The notes: generated by a model from the letters alone, not told the origin. DNA of 64,000 bases from Parcubacteria bacterium C7867-001 (GCA_001189095.1 LFCK01000001.1:253159-317158), one strand, 5' to 3'; shown: positions 39,716 to 49,163, counted from the first letter of the stretch. A program made the numbers and translations.

Positions 39716-40324
39716 ATGAAAATCGGACCAAAATACAAAATCGCTAAGCGCCTCGGAGCATCAGTCTTCGACAAGACGCAGTCCCAGAAATTCGCCCTCT
39801 CGCAGGAGCGCAAGTTCAAGGCGCGCCCACGCGGCCGCGGCCAGACGGAATTCGGCAAGCAGCTTCTCGAAAAGCAGAAGGTGCGCATGACCTACGGCAT
39901 TTCTGAAAAGCAGTTCGGCAACTACGTCGAGTCGGCTATGCATACGCACGGCGCAAGTCCTGTAGAAATCCTCCACCGTTCGCTCGAGATGCGTCTCGAC
40001 AACATCACCTACCGCCTCGGCCTCGCGGCAAGTCGTCGTGCTGCTCGCCAGATGGTCTCTCACGGACACATCACGGTGAACGGCATCAAGACGACGATTC
40101 CGTCGCGCGCCATCCGCATCGGGGACCGCATCGCAGTCCGCGAGGGAAGCAAGGGCTCCGCGCTCTTCACGAACTTCGGCGAGAAGTTCATGGAGCGCCC
40201 GCTTCCGTCGTGGCTTACGTGGAATCCGAAGTCGATGGAAGGCGGCGTGGCCGTCATGCCGACCGCGGAATCCGCGGATCCGGCTGGCGACCTCGTGTCG
40301 GTGCTCTCGTTCTACAGCCGTTAA
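39716..40324 (+). CDS. rpsD: 30S ribosomal protein S4
   Basis: S4 domain RRQMVSHGHITVNG. Confidence 0.95.
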   Translation: MKIGPKYKIAKRLGASVFDKTQSQKFALSQERKFKARPRGRGQTEFGKQLLEKQKVRMTYGISEKQFGNYVESAMHTHGASPVEILHRSLEMRLDNITYRLGLAASRRAARQMVSHGHITVNGIKTTIPSRAIRIGDRIAVREGSKGSALFTNFGEKFMERPLPSWLTWNPKSMEGGVAVMPTAESADPAGDLVSVLSFYSR

Positions 40325-40354
40325 TTTTTATTCAAAGGTAATTACGATTGAGTT

Positions 40355-41314
40355 ATGGAATACCACATCACGCTCCCCTCTAAGCCTCGCGTCCAATCGG
40401 AAGACGGCGTACAAGGCATTTACGAGATAGATTCGCTCTATCCGGGCTACGGCCACACCCTCGGCAACTCGCTTCGCCGCATTATCCTTTCCTCGCTTCC
40501 GGGCGCGGCCGTCACGACCGTGAAGATCGAAGACGTTCAGCATGAATTCTCGACCATCGAGGGCGTGCGCGAGTCCGTCATGGAAATTTTGCTCAACCTC
40601 AAGCGCGTCCATTTCGTGCTTCATGGCGATGAGCCACAGACCATTAAGCTCTCGGTAAAGGGCGCAAAGCAGGTGACTGCTGGCGATTTCACCCTTCCGT
40701 CGCAGGTAACTATCGCAAATCCGGAGCAGCACATCGCTGATGTTTCTGGAAAGGTTGCACTCGAACTCGAAGCAACCATCGAACGCGGCCTCGGCTACGT
40801 TCCGCGCGAAATGCTTACTAAGGAGAAAGTCGACATCGGCGTTATCGCGCTTGATGCGACCTTCACCCCGATTCGCCGCGTGAACTACGAAGTAGAAAAC
40901 ATGCGCGTCGGTGATCGCACGGACTTCAACCGCTTGAAGATCCTTATCGAGACGAACGGCACCATCTCGCCGCGCGAAGCGCTCGAGAAGTCTATCGAAA
41001 TAATGATCCATCAGCTCAAATCGATCGTTGGCTTCCAAGAGGAAGTTGAGGAGAGTGAGATCCCGACCATGATCGGCGCTGATGAAATGCCGAAGTCTTC
41101 TGCAGGGAAGGACCCGGCGAAGATGAAGCTTGAAGAACTCGAGCTCTCGACCCGCACGACTTCCGCCCTTACGGACGGTGGTGTGAAGACGGTCGCTGGC
41201 CTTATCCGCAAGACCGCCTCGGCGCTCAAGGAACTCGACGGCGTCGGCGACAAGGCTATCGAGGAAATCAGCGAAGCTCTCGATAAGCTCGGACTCGAGC
41301 TCAAGGGCGAGTAA
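40355..41314 (+). CDS. rpoA: DNA-directed RNA polymerase subunit alpha
   Basis: N-terminal dimerisation domain plus C-terminal alphaCTD (ELELSTRTTSALTDGGVKTV). Confidence 0.95.
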   Translation: MEYHITLPSKPRVQSEDGVQGIYEIDSLYPGYGHTLGNSLRRIILSSLPGAAVTTVKIEDVQHEFSTIEGVRESVMEILLNLKRVHFVLHGDEPQTIKLSVKGAKQVTAGDFTLPSQVTIANPEQHIADVSGKVALELEATIERGLGYVPREMLTKEKVDIGVIALDATFTPIRRVNYEVENMRVGDRTDFNRLKILIETNGTISPREALEKSIEIMIHQLKSIVGFQEEVEESEIPTMIGADEMPKSSAGKDPAKMKLEELELSTRTTSALTDGGVKTVAGLIRKTASALKELDGVGDKAIEEISEALDKLGLELKGE

Positions 41315-41350
41315 GTTGCTCAAATCAAGGAACACCTGTAAAACAACGGT

Positions 41351-41707
41351 ATGCGACATCACGTAAAAGGACGGAATTTCGGGCGAACCAAGGACCAGCG
41401 CACAGCGCTGCTCCGTTCGCTTGCCCGTTCACTCGTGATCCACGAGCGCATCTCGACCACCGAAGCGAAGGCTAAAGAGCTCCGCCCAATCATCGAGAAG
41501 CTCGTGACCCGCGCTCGCACCGACACGGTGGCTAACCGCCGCCTCGTCAGCGCCCGCCTCGGCGGAGACGACGCTGCAACGGTGAAGCTCTTCAATACCA
41601 TCGCGCCTCGCTTTGCAGAGCGTGCTGGCGGCTACACCCGCATCGTTAAGCGCTCGAAGATTGCGCTCGACGGCCGCAAACTCGCGTACATCGCCTTCGT
41701 CAACTAA
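41351..41707 (+). CDS. rplQ: 50S ribosomal protein L17
   Basis: MRHHVKGRNFGRTKDQRTALLRSLARSLVIHERISTT. Confidence 0.95.
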   Translation: MRHHVKGRNFGRTKDQRTALLRSLARSLVIHERISTTEAKAKELRPIIEKLVTRARTDTVANRRLVSARLGGDDAATVKLFNTIAPRFAERAGGYTRIVKRSKIALDGRKLAYIAFVN

Positions 41708-41711
41708 ACCT

Positions 41712-42116
41712 ATGCCTGCCTACAAGACCAAAACTTCAGTCGTTAAGAATCGCGTCGCTGTCATGCCGCGTATTTCGTATGCAATCGATGCATCCGGAAA
41801 AAACCTCGGCCGTGTCGCAAGCGATGCTGCTATGGCGCTCCTCGGTAAGAAGTCCGCGCATTACGAAAAGAATGCCGTGCTCAACGTCGAGGTAACCGTT
41901 TCAAACGTCTCGAAGATGGTCCTCACGGAGAAGCGCCTTCGCGACAAGAGCTACCTCCGCTACTCCGGCTATCCGGGCGCGCTCTATGAGACCAAGCTTC
42001 CAGAGATGGTTGCAAAGAAGGGTAAAGAAGAAGTTCTTCGCCGTGCTGTCATGGGCATGATCCCGCGCAACGGTCTCCGCAAGGAGCGCATGAAGCGTCT
42101 TATCCTCGTCGATTAA
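41712..42116 (+). CDS. rplM: 50S ribosomal protein L13
   Basis: Start chosen at the internal ATG (MPAYKTKT...); L13 similarity; position before rpsI. Confidence 0.9.
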   Translation: MPAYKTKTSVVKNRVAVMPRISYAIDASGKNLGRVASDAAMALLGKKSAHYEKNAVLNVEVTVSNVSKMVLTEKRLRDKSYLRYSGYPGALYETKLPEMVAKKGKEEVLRRAVMGMIPRNGLRKERMKRLILVD

Positions 42117-42121
42117 ATTAT

Positions 42122-42523
42122 ATGTCTGACACCAATTACACTCTCGCCATCGGCCGCCGCAAGACCGCAACCGCGCGCGTCCGCATCTCGCCGGCCTCAA
42201 AGACCACAATCATGGTGAACGGCATGGACGCGAAGGACTATTTCAAGACTGCAGAGCGCGCAGGCGTTCCGACGCAGGCCCTTCATGTCTTCGGTGAAGC
42301 TGCGAAGAACTACCTCGTCGAGGTAAAGGCAGCTGGAGGCGGTCTCTCGGCTCAGGCAGACGCTGTCCGCCACGGCATCGCTCGCGCGCTCACGAAGCTC
42401 GACGCAGCGAACCGCCCAGCTCTCAAGGAAGCAGGCTTCCTCACTCGCGACCCTCGCGCTGTGGAGCGCAAGAAGCCGGGTCTTCTTAAGGCCCGCAAGC
42501 GCGGAGCTTGGAGCAAGCGTTAA
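42122..42523 (+). CDS. rpsI: 30S ribosomal protein S9
   Basis: C-terminus KARKRGAWSKR. Confidence 0.95.
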   Translation: MSDTNYTLAIGRRKTATARVRISPASKTTIMVNGMDAKDYFKTAERAGVPTQALHVFGEAAKNYLVEVKAAGGGLSAQADAVRHGIARALTKLDAANRPALKEAGFLTRDPRAVERKKPGLLKARKRGAWSKR

Positions 42524-42533
42524 TACTCCAACA

Positions 42534-42564
42534 AAACCCGCCGCTGGCGGGTTTTGTTTTTACA
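42534..42564 (+). terminator. intrinsic terminator of the rplM-rpsI operon
   Basis: aaaacccgccgctggcgggttttgtttttac. Confidence 0.7.
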
Positions 42565-42593
42565 TTTACGAAACTGTGTGCAAGCATTAAAAA

Positions 42594-43109
42594 ATGCAAG
42601 AATTTCTGGCGACTCTTTCTTCAGCTGACATCATCCAGCTACTCGTCCTTCTCACTTTAGTGATTACATTTCTTTATAGCATCTTGAGAGACTTATTCTT
42701 AGCTATTATTAAAAGAAAGAGATTGAGTTTATTGAAAGCAACGCTTACTTACTACGATCTCCCGAAAGATAGAGGTTATAAAAAATATACAATACTTGAA
42801 ATCGAGGTATATAACAGTAGTCCTAATTTAATCTCGTTAAAAACGTTTAGAGTGGAGACTCTTGACGGTAACATTGTAGAAGACAATTGTGATTTATGGT
42901 CCAGTGGAGGCATGTGTGACCTCAAACCAAATTCAATTAGCCATCGAAAAGTAAGCTGGTTAGATCGTAAATTATCTAAGCAGGAAGTAAAAGAACTGAT
43001 GTTAATCGACTACTCAGAAAAAACTTATCGTTTTGATCCAAATAAACATTTAACTGAGAGAACATTGAAGGAAATACCCAGCAAAGACGAGTGGCGTCAT
43101 CGCCCTTAA
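42594..43109 (+). CDS. AT-rich (~36% GC) hypothetical membrane-anchored protein, probably horizontally acquired
   Basis: Sharp compositional shift relative to ~58% GC flanks; N-terminal TM; followed by a degenerate second copy of the rpsI terminator at 43140-43175. Confidence 0.5.
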   Translation: MQEFLATLSSADIIQLLVLLTLVITFLYSILRDLFLAIIKRKRLSLLKATLTYYDLPKDRGYKKYTILEIEVYNSSPNLISLKTFRVETLDGNIVEDNCDLWSSGGMCDLKPNSISHRKVSWLDRKLSKQEVKELMLIDYSEKTYRFDPNKHLTERTLKEIPSKDEWRHRP

Positions 43110-43322
43110 GCTCGCAAGGAGTTTAGTATTGTTCATACCGAAACAAGCCCGTCGCTGGCGGGTTCAGGGTTTTTGTGGTGATATGCACCCAGACCCTGCG
43201 TACCTTGGCAGTGTTTGGAAGGATGAAAAATGTCCGCAGGTAGAATACTGCGCGGCTAGGGGCACGAATCCCGACCCCTTTCGGTCAGGTGACCAAACCT
43301 AAGGCATACGAAAGTATCGACA

Positions 43323-44075
43323 ATGTCCATCTATCAGGACCGAATCGACACGCCATTCCAGTTTATGGAACGCGTGCTCGCCAAGAGTCTCTGCATGCCG
43401 CTCGTCGACCTTAAGGGTCGATGGGGGTCGTTCAGCCCCTTTTACAACGCCTACAACGCGTCGCTCAAAGAAAAGCGGCGAGAAGGGGCGCGCGGAGCTG
43501 CAAGCTTCCTTATGTGGATGTTTCTCGCTGGCGGCTTCTCGAGCTGGTTTGCAGACGCAAACGTAACGCATGTGGACGTGGCCATCCGACTCACATTCTT
43601 CACGAGCGCTCTGGTTTGCTTCGTGTACTGGCTGTATCTCGTTTTCCTGCGAGCGCGTCTCGCGGAAAACTACAGGACGTCTGAACTCGAATACGCGAAG
43701 AATGCGATGCAGTACATCGACAGCTACAACTGGCTGCTCCGAGAGACGGATCCGAAAAATATTCGGATCTACGACCTTTCGCTGAACCAGCTTAAGGCCG
43801 TCGCTGGAAACCTCTTGATCGAACGTGCGGAATGGGTCCTCAAGTTCGAGAAAGAGAACGAGGGCTCGCCGGAAGAGCATTGGCGGGAGGCGAAGAAGCC
43901 GCTCGTCGCCAGCTTCGAGACGGCCTATGACCACCTCTACAAGCTCGGTCTCGTCGAGGACTACCGCAAGTTCGGTCGCTACTACGACATGGCTCGAATC
44001 AAGATGAATCCGCCCAAGCCGCTCACTGGTGAAGCATCGCAAGATGCGCCGGAGCGCAAAGACCAACAAGTCTGA
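43323..44075 (+). CDS. hypothetical membrane protein (250 aa)
   Basis: Plus-strand ORF has protein-like composition and TM helices. The overlapping 256-aa minus-strand ORF is R/L/V-rich and looks like an antisense artefact. Terminator tgcgcccaccccaaaggggtgggcgctttctg follows. Confidence 0.55.
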   Translation: MSIYQDRIDTPFQFMERVLAKSLCMPLVDLKGRWGSFSPFYNAYNASLKEKRREGARGAASFLMWMFLAGGFSSWFADANVTHVDVAIRLTFFTSALVCFVYWLYLVFLRARLAENYRTSELEYAKNAMQYIDSYNWLLRETDPKNIRIYDLSLNQLKAVAGNLLIERAEWVLKFEKENEGSPEEHWREAKKPLVASFETAYDHLYKLGLVEDYRKFGRYYDMARIKMNPPKPLTGEASQDAPERKDQQV

Positions 44076-44167
44076 ATATGTGCGCCCACCCCAAAGGGGT
44101 GGGCGCTTTCTGTAACTAGCAGTTTTTGCGCTCGCAGTGTAGGGTGCAATCAGAAAAGGAGAAGGTC

Positions 44168-44485
44168 ATGCCCTCAGACGACGAAATCCACCCAATGCAC
44201 CTTGCAGCCTATAAGGAACGCTGGGACGACCCTGAAACTTCGCTTGATACCAAGCTGTACTACGGCCAAGCGTGGGCAGATTCGGTTTCCACGGACGTCT
44301 GCAACCAGTTCTATACAACCCATCGAAAACTAGCGCCGCACGTCGAACGAGTCTTCCTCATGAAGCTCGGCGCAGCTCTCACCAAGGCTCATGAGGAGAA
44401 AAAGACCGGCCAGGAAGCCGTGAAGATTCTCGTCGACGCCTGTGCCGAAGCTGGCCTCACGAAGAAAGTCCCGGAGGCAGCCTAG
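44168..44485 (+). CDS. hypothetical protein (105 aa)
   Basis: RBS AAAAGGAGAAGG; terminator atacggcccgcactttgtgcgggccgttttttg follows. Confidence 0.45.
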   Translation: MPSDDEIHPMHLAAYKERWDDPETSLDTKLYYGQAWADSVSTDVCNQFYTTHRKLAPHVERVFLMKLGAALTKAHEEKKTGQEAVKILVDACAEAGLTKKVPEAA

Positions 44486-44553
44486 GTATACGGCCCGCAC
44501 TTTGTGCGGGCCGTTTTTTGACTCCAAAATCCATTTCAGGCATAGTTGAAGCA

Positions 44554-45087
44554 ATGGATGACATCGATGATGTTCAGATAGAAGCGGATGGCTCCGAGGA
44601 ACTCGGCGGTTCTGGAGGCGATGCTGCATCGAAAGTCTCGAAGCAGAAGTCGGAAATCGAGAAGCTTCGTGCTGAAAAGCAGGAATACCTCGACGGCTGG
44701 CAGCGCGCAAAGGCGGACTATGTGAATGCGCTCAAGCGCTTCGAGGCTGAAAAGAAGGGCGCGATTGAGCTCGGTAAGGTGCTTTCGGTAAGTGCCTTCC
44801 TTCCGGTCATGGATTCTCTCGAACGCGCTGAAGGTTCAGGCGAGGTTCCCGAATCTTTTAAAGGAATCGCCAAGCAGCTCCATGACGCTGCCAACACTCT
44901 TGGCCTTAGCAAAATAGGCACAGTAGGGGAGAAGTTCGACCCAATGCTCCACGAAGCTCTTGGCCAAGACGCAGCGAAATCCTCCGAAGAGGACGATACG
45001 GTCACTGCAGTACTTGAAGCCGGCTGGAAGAGCAATGACGCCGTCATTCGCCCCGCCAAGGTCCGCGTCGCGCATTTTGAGGGGTAA
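44554..45087 (+). CDS. grpE: nucleotide exchange factor GrpE
   Basis: Coiled-coil region EIEKLRAEKQEYLDGWQRAKADYVNALKRFEAEKK. Start placed at ATG 44554 because the ORF-track start (TTG 44518) lies inside the upstream terminator. Confidence 0.85.
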   Translation: MDDIDDVQIEADGSEELGGSGGDAASKVSKQKSEIEKLRAEKQEYLDGWQRAKADYVNALKRFEAEKKGAIELGKVLSVSAFLPVMDSLERAEGSGEVPESFKGIAKQLHDAANTLGLSKIGTVGEKFDPMLHEALGQDAAKSSEEDDTVTAVLEAGWKSNDAVIRPAKVRVAHFEG

Positions 45088-45158
45088 TTGACTTTTTTAC
45101 TATCCGTTATACAACGGAGTTTGGACCGTAGTTTTCGCGGTTGTAACAGGAGGCCGTT

Positions 45159-45446
45159 ATGGCTACTGCTATCGAATACGGATTGATTGGTGCCCTCGTC
45201 ATGGTCGTCGGCATCGGCGCATGGTCGGTCACAAAGGACGAGGTGGGGTTCAGCGCAAAAGCTGAAGCCGCCGGCGTCCCGCAGGAACCGAAAGGCCCGC
45301 CGACCTTCGACGCCAACGGGGAGAAAATCTACTACTCCCTCCCGCTCGCGCAGAAAGAATGCGAGCTCGGCGTCTGGCAGCGTCAACGGCACTTCGGCAG
45401 CGCGCCGACCTACCGGTGCGTGACCGAAATCGAGGCGCCCGAGTAG
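45159..45446 (+). CDS. Flp/Fap-family (type IVb, Tad-type) pilin-like protein
   Basis: Strong RBS ACAGGAGG; N-terminus MATAIEYGLIGALVMVVGIG carries the Flp EYGLI motif. Confidence 0.55.
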   Translation: MATAIEYGLIGALVMVVGIGAWSVTKDEVGFSAKAEAAGVPQEPKGPPTFDANGEKIYYSLPLAQKECELGVWQRQRHFGSAPTYRCVTEIEAPE

Positions 45447-45464
45447 ACAATTCAGAATGAAAAC

Positions 45465-45503
45465 AACCAAACGGCCCGCGCAGAATGCGCGGGCCGTTTC
45501 TTA
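45465..45503. terminator. bidirectional terminator
   Basis: aaacggcccgcgcagaatgcgcgggccgtttcttattt. Confidence 0.6.
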
Positions 45504-45504
45504 T

Positions 45505-45711
45505 TTATTTCTTCGAGACGTCTATTGCGTACGGCCCCTTATTGCTTTCAACGATGGAGAACATGAGCTTGTCTCCTTTCTTCAAGTTCGCAAATGCGAT
45601 TTTAACCAGATCGTCGGAATGGAAGAAAAGCGGTTCCTTCACGCCGACTATTTTGATGAATCCAGAGCTGCGCTCAGTAAGTTCTACGATGGTTCCAGTG
45701 AGCGTTTTCAT
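45505..45711 (-). CDS. cold-shock protein (CspA family)
   Basis: GTIVELTERSSGFIKIVGVKEPLFFHSDDL...GPYAIDV: cold-shock domain with RNP motifs. Confidence 0.9.
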   Translation of the reverse strand: MKTLTGTIVELTERSSGFIKIVGVKEPLFFHSDDLVKIAFANLKKGDKLMFSIVESNKGPYAIDVSKK

Positions 45712-45767
45712 AGGGAGAGAGTGCGAGCAGGGAACAAAGAAGCGCCCGTTGGGGCGCTTCTTCTGAC

Positions 45768-45968
45768 TTAGATCTTCGAGACCTTTACGGCCTTCGGACC
45801 TTTGTCACCGTTTTCGACTTCGAACTCGAGCTTGTCGCCCTGTCGGAGGTCATCAAACGATACATTCACCAACTCGTTGGAATGGAAGAAGAGATCCTTC
45901 TCCTGTCCCTCGATTTTGATGAAGCCGAAGCCCTTGTCGGTAAGACCGGCTATGATTCCTTGCTGCAT
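45768..45968 (-). CDS. cold-shock protein (CspA family)
   Basis: GIIAGLTDKGFGFIKIEGQEKDLFFHSNEL...GPKAVKV; a terminator hairpin lies between the two csp genes (45740-45766). Confidence 0.9.
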   Translation of the reverse strand: MQQGIIAGLTDKGFGFIKIEGQEKDLFFHSNELVNVSFDDLRQGDKLEFEVENGDKGPKAVKVSKI

Positions 45969-46105
45969 GTTGTTTGGGTAGGATACACCTGATAAGCATC
46001 AAGTGCAGGAGGCTGGATCGCTAAGGTCGACATCCTCGTCTTCGTAGCGCTGCGTTTGATGTATTGATAATACCACATGTTTTGCTGGTGCGCTAGAACC
46101 CCTAT

Positions 46106-46134
46106 TTGACAAAATTATACACATGGTGTATAAT
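46106..46134 (+). promoter_or_regulatory. consensus sigma70 promoter TTGACA-N17-TATAAT
   Basis: ttgacaAAATTATACACATGGTGtataat. Confidence 0.55.
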
Positions 46135-46179
46135 GGTATTAACCTGCTCGCGTAGCAGTCTGGAAAGAAAGGTCTTTCG

Positions 46180-46284
46180 ATGACAAGCTTTATTGGCAAA
46201 GTCGTTCTGCCGATCGTTGGTTTGTTGAGCCTCGCGGTTCTGTACCACCTGATCAGCGCCGCCGCGTCGATTCAGCACCCTTAG
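46180..46284 (+). CDS. small hydrophobic peptide (34 aa)
   Basis: Downstream of the consensus promoter; weak RBS AAAGG; followed by a GC-rich terminator at 46320-46365. Confidence 0.3.
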   Translation: MTSFIGKVVLPIVGLLSLAVLYHLISAAASIQHP

Positions 46285-46492
46285 CGCAAGCTATGCGGAT
46301 TCACTGAACGCCGGTCAAGCGGGCCCGTTTGCTCCTCGCAAGGAGTGACGGGCCCGTTTTTTATTCTTCATACGCCGTTCACGCCTTTTTTGAGAACCTT
46401 CATGAGGACAAGCAGAAAATATTGACATGCATAGATTCGTATGCATAATGCCTTTACGGCACAACTAGGCCGTGTTGTAAGGAGACCACACA

Positions 46493-46792
46493 ATGAGATT
46501 GGTAAAGAGAGTTGCTAGCACGCTCGTGCTGACAGCCATCATTTCCATCGCGTTCTGGGGGGTCGATTTCTCAGGCATGAGTGCCCGCGCTAGCGTGCAG
46601 GCACTCCATACCACCGTGCAAGTAGTCGCTTCACGCTCCCGCACATGGGAGACCGTAGAAGCGGCGAAAGACCCGTGCTCAGCCGCTGCGGTTATCGCGG
46701 TCGTGGAGTTGGGCGAAGACGGCCAGAGCACCCGCTACGGATGCTCTGACAAGATCGCCCCTCTTCCTGCGACCGAGGAACTGGAACGCTAG
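46493..46792 (+). CDS. small secreted protein (99 aa, signal peptide, 2 Cys)
   Basis: Promoter TTGACA-N16-CATAAT at 46420-46448 with an embedded palindrome atgcata...tatgcat; RBS AAGGAGA; terminator at 46810-46846. Confidence 0.5.
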   Translation: MRLVKRVASTLVLTAIISIAFWGVDFSGMSARASVQALHTTVQVVASRSRTWETVEAAKDPCSAAAVIAVVELGEDGQSTRYGCSDKIAPLPATEELER

Positions 46793-46932
46793 CACTACAC
46801 GGACAAGCCAAAGGCCCGCGCTCAAGGAGTGCGGGCCTTTTTCCTATATTTTGGGGACTTGAATCAGGAAACGGGGAAGCGTACTATGCAGGTACTTTGT
46901 GCGCATTTACTAATCCGTAACGAATATTTCCT

Positions 46933-48834
46933 ATGGCAAAGATTCTTGGAATCGATCTTGGTACGACTAATTCAGCGATGGCAATCATGGAGGGCGGCGA
47001 GCCGCGCGTTCTCGAAAACGCGGAAGGCGCCCGCACCACTCCGTCCATCGTCGCAATCGCAAAAAACGGCGAGCGCCTTGTCGGCACCCTCGCGAAGCGT
47101 CAGGCAGTCACCAACCCAAAGAACACCATCTACGGCATCAAGCGCTTCATGGGTCACCGCTTCTCGGATGAGGCGGTCCAGAAAGACAAGGGAATTGTTC
47201 CGTACGAAATAAAGTCTGGCACCGACGGCGGTGTGCAGGTGAATCTTGGCGAGAAGGATTACCGTCCTGAAGAAGTCTCCGCGATGATCCTCGCGAAAAT
47301 GAAAGCGGACGCAGAAGCAAAGCTCGGCGAGAAAATCACTGAAGCCGTTATTACGGTCCCTGCATATTTCGACGACGCGCAGCGCGCAGCGACCAAAGCA
47401 GCCGGACAGGTGGCTGGACTCGATGTGAAGCGCATCATCAACGAGCCGACTGCAGCGGCGCTTGCCTATGGTTTCAATAAAAAGAAGGACGAGAAGATTG
47501 TCGTCTACGACTTCGGCGGCGGCACGTTCGACGTGTCCGTTCTTGAAGTGGGCGATGACGTCATCGAAGTGAAGAGTACGGACGGCGATAGCCACATGGG
47601 TGGTCGCGACATTGACCAGAAAATCGTTCGCTGGCTCGCGGACGAATTTAAGAAGCAGAGCGGCATCGACGTCTCTAAGGACCCACTCGCCCTCCAGCGC
47701 CTCGATGAGGCAGCGGAGAAAGCGAAGCTCGAACTCTCGAGCGCAAGCGAGACGGAAGTGAACATTCCGTTCATTACCGTTGACTCTGGCGGCACTCCGC
47801 AGCACCTCCTCCTGAAACTCTCCCGCGCGAGCCTTGAATCGCTCTCGGAAGAATACGTAACCCGCTCCATCGACATCACCAAGCGCGCGCTTGAGGCTGC
47901 AAACCTTAAGCCGTCTGATATCAACGAAATCGTCATGGTCGGCGGTCAGACCCGTATGCCGAAGATTCTCGAAGAAGTGAAGAAGCTTTTCGGTAAGGAG
48001 CTTCATATGGGTGTGAATCCGGACGAAGTGGTCGCTATTGGCGCCGCTATTCAGGCCGGCATTCTTCAGGGCGACGTGAAGGACATTCTCCTCGTGGATG
48101 TTATTCCGCTTTCGCTCTCGATTGAAACCATGGGCGGCGTCGCGACAAAGCTCATCGAGCGCAACACGGCGATTCCGACCTCTCGCAGCCAAGTCTTCTC
48201 GACCGCAAGCGACAACCAGACTTCCGTCGACATTCACGTGACCCAAGGCGAGCGCGCGATGAGCGGCGACAACAAATCCCTCGGTCGCTTCATGCTCGAA
48301 GGTATCCCTCCAGCGCCGCGCGGCATGCCGCAGGTGGAAGTGACGTTCGACGTCGACTCTAACGGCATCCTCACCGTCAAAGCGAAAGAGAAGACTACCG
48401 GTAAAGAGCAGTCCATTCGCATCGAAGGCTCCACGGGACTTTCAAAAGAAGACATCGAGCGCATGAAGGCAGATGCCGATGCGAACGCTTCTGAAGACGC
48501 AAAGCGCAAAGAGCTCGTTGAGGTCCGCAACATGGCCGAGCAGCTTATCTACGCAGGCGAGAAATCGATAAAGGAATTCGGTGAAAAAGCTGGGGCTGAG
48601 ATCGTGAAGGAAGTCGAGGATAAGATCGGCGACCTTCGCAAGGCAAACGAAACAGGAGACATTGCTGGTATAAAAACCGCGAGCGAAGCGCTTTCGACCG
48701 CGATGCAGAAAATAGGAGAGGTTATGGCTAAGCAAGGTGAAAACCCGCAGCCGCAGCCAGAAGGGGAAGCGGGTACTCCACCACCAGAAGCCGGAGCGAC
48801 AGACGCTGAGTATACTGAGAAACCGAAAGAATAA
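46933..48834 (+). CDS. dnaK: molecular chaperone DnaK (Hsp70)
   Basis: [25 protein letters not shown]; 633 aa. Confidence 0.97.
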   Translation: MAKILGIDLGTTNSAMAIMEGGEPRVLENAEGARTTPSIVAIAKNGERLVGTLAKRQAVTNPKNTIYGIKRFMGHRFSDEAVQKDKGIVPYEIKSGTDGGVQVNLGEKDYRPEEVSAMILAKMKADAEAKLGEKITEAVITVPAYFDDAQRAATKAAGQVAGLDVKRIINEPTAAALAYGFNKKKDEKIVVYDFGGGTFDVSVLEVGDDVIEVKSTDGDSHMGGRDIDQKIVRWLADEFKKQSGIDVSKDPLALQRLDEAAEKAKLELSSASETEVNIPFITVDSGGTPQHLLLKLSRASLESLSEEYVTRSIDITKRALEAANLKPSDINEIVMVGGQTRMPKILEEVKKLFGKELHMGVNPDEVVAIGAAIQAGILQGDVKDILLVDVIPLSLSIETMGGVATKLIERNTAIPTSRSQVFSTASDNQTSVDIHVTQGERAMSGDNKSLGRFMLEGIPPAPRGMPQVEVTFDVDSNGILTVKAKEKTTGKEQSIRIEGSTGLSKEDIERMKADADANASEDAKRKELVEVRNMAEQLIYAGEKSIKEFGEKAGAEIVKEVEDKIGDLRKANETGDIAGIKTASEALSTAMQKIGEVMAKQGENPQPQPEGEAGTPPPEAGATDAEYTEKPKE

Positions 48835-48848
48835 AGAAAACTGAAAGC

Positions 48849-48883
48849 AACCGCCGGCCTCAGGCCGGCGGTTGACTTTTTTC
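48849..48883 (+). terminator. intrinsic terminator
   Basis: caaccgccggcctcaggccggcggttgactttttt. Confidence 0.7.
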
Positions 48884-48957
48884 TGTTCGGTCCTAAAGTG
48901 AAACTACTGGCGATTTCCTAGTCTCGTTTGAGGCACCGCTAGTAACAGGAGGCAGCA

Positions 48958-49071
48958 ATGTCCTTCATTTTGGAACCCAAGAACGTGACCTTTCTCGCGA
49001 ACCATCCGTTCCTCGTGGCCTTCATCGGCTTCGTCGGCGGCACGGGGCTCGTGTTTAAACTCTGGGGATAA
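48958..49071 (+). CDS. small hydrophobic peptide (37 aa)
   Basis: Strong RBS AACAGGAGG 5 nt upstream; terminator gggcggcgcacttcgtgcgccgcctttt follows. Confidence 0.35.
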   Translation: MSFILEPKNVTFLANHPFLVAFIGFVGGTGLVFKLWG

Positions 49072-49163
49072 TGGGGAATTATCCGGCAGAGCGAAATGGG
49101 CGGCGCACTTCGTGCGCCGCCTTTTGCATACCAAAATGAAGAAGCGTATAGTGATTTTTATCT

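Noticed and set aside
43230-43300. tRNA-like T-loop motif (cacgaatcccg) in the spacer after the AT-rich gene
   Set aside because: Neither strand could be folded into an acceptor stem, D-arm and anticodon arm, so no cloverleaf is supported. It is treated as 5' leader sequence.
43299-44069. 256-aa minus-strand ORF almost exactly overlapping the plus-strand ORF 43323-44075
   Set aside because: The minus-strand translation is dominated by R/L/V/E runs typical of the antisense frame of a GC-rich gene. The plus-strand product has coherent TM helices and normal composition, so only the plus-strand gene is called.
46972-48246. 424-aa minus-strand ORF inside dnaK, and similar long antisense ORFs inside pepO (30736-31782), the 23106 gene (23520-24437) and the CPBP gene (5136-5816)
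   Set aside because: They overlap genes of very high confidence on the opposite strand and have antisense-type amino-acid composition. They are high-GC open-frame artefacts.
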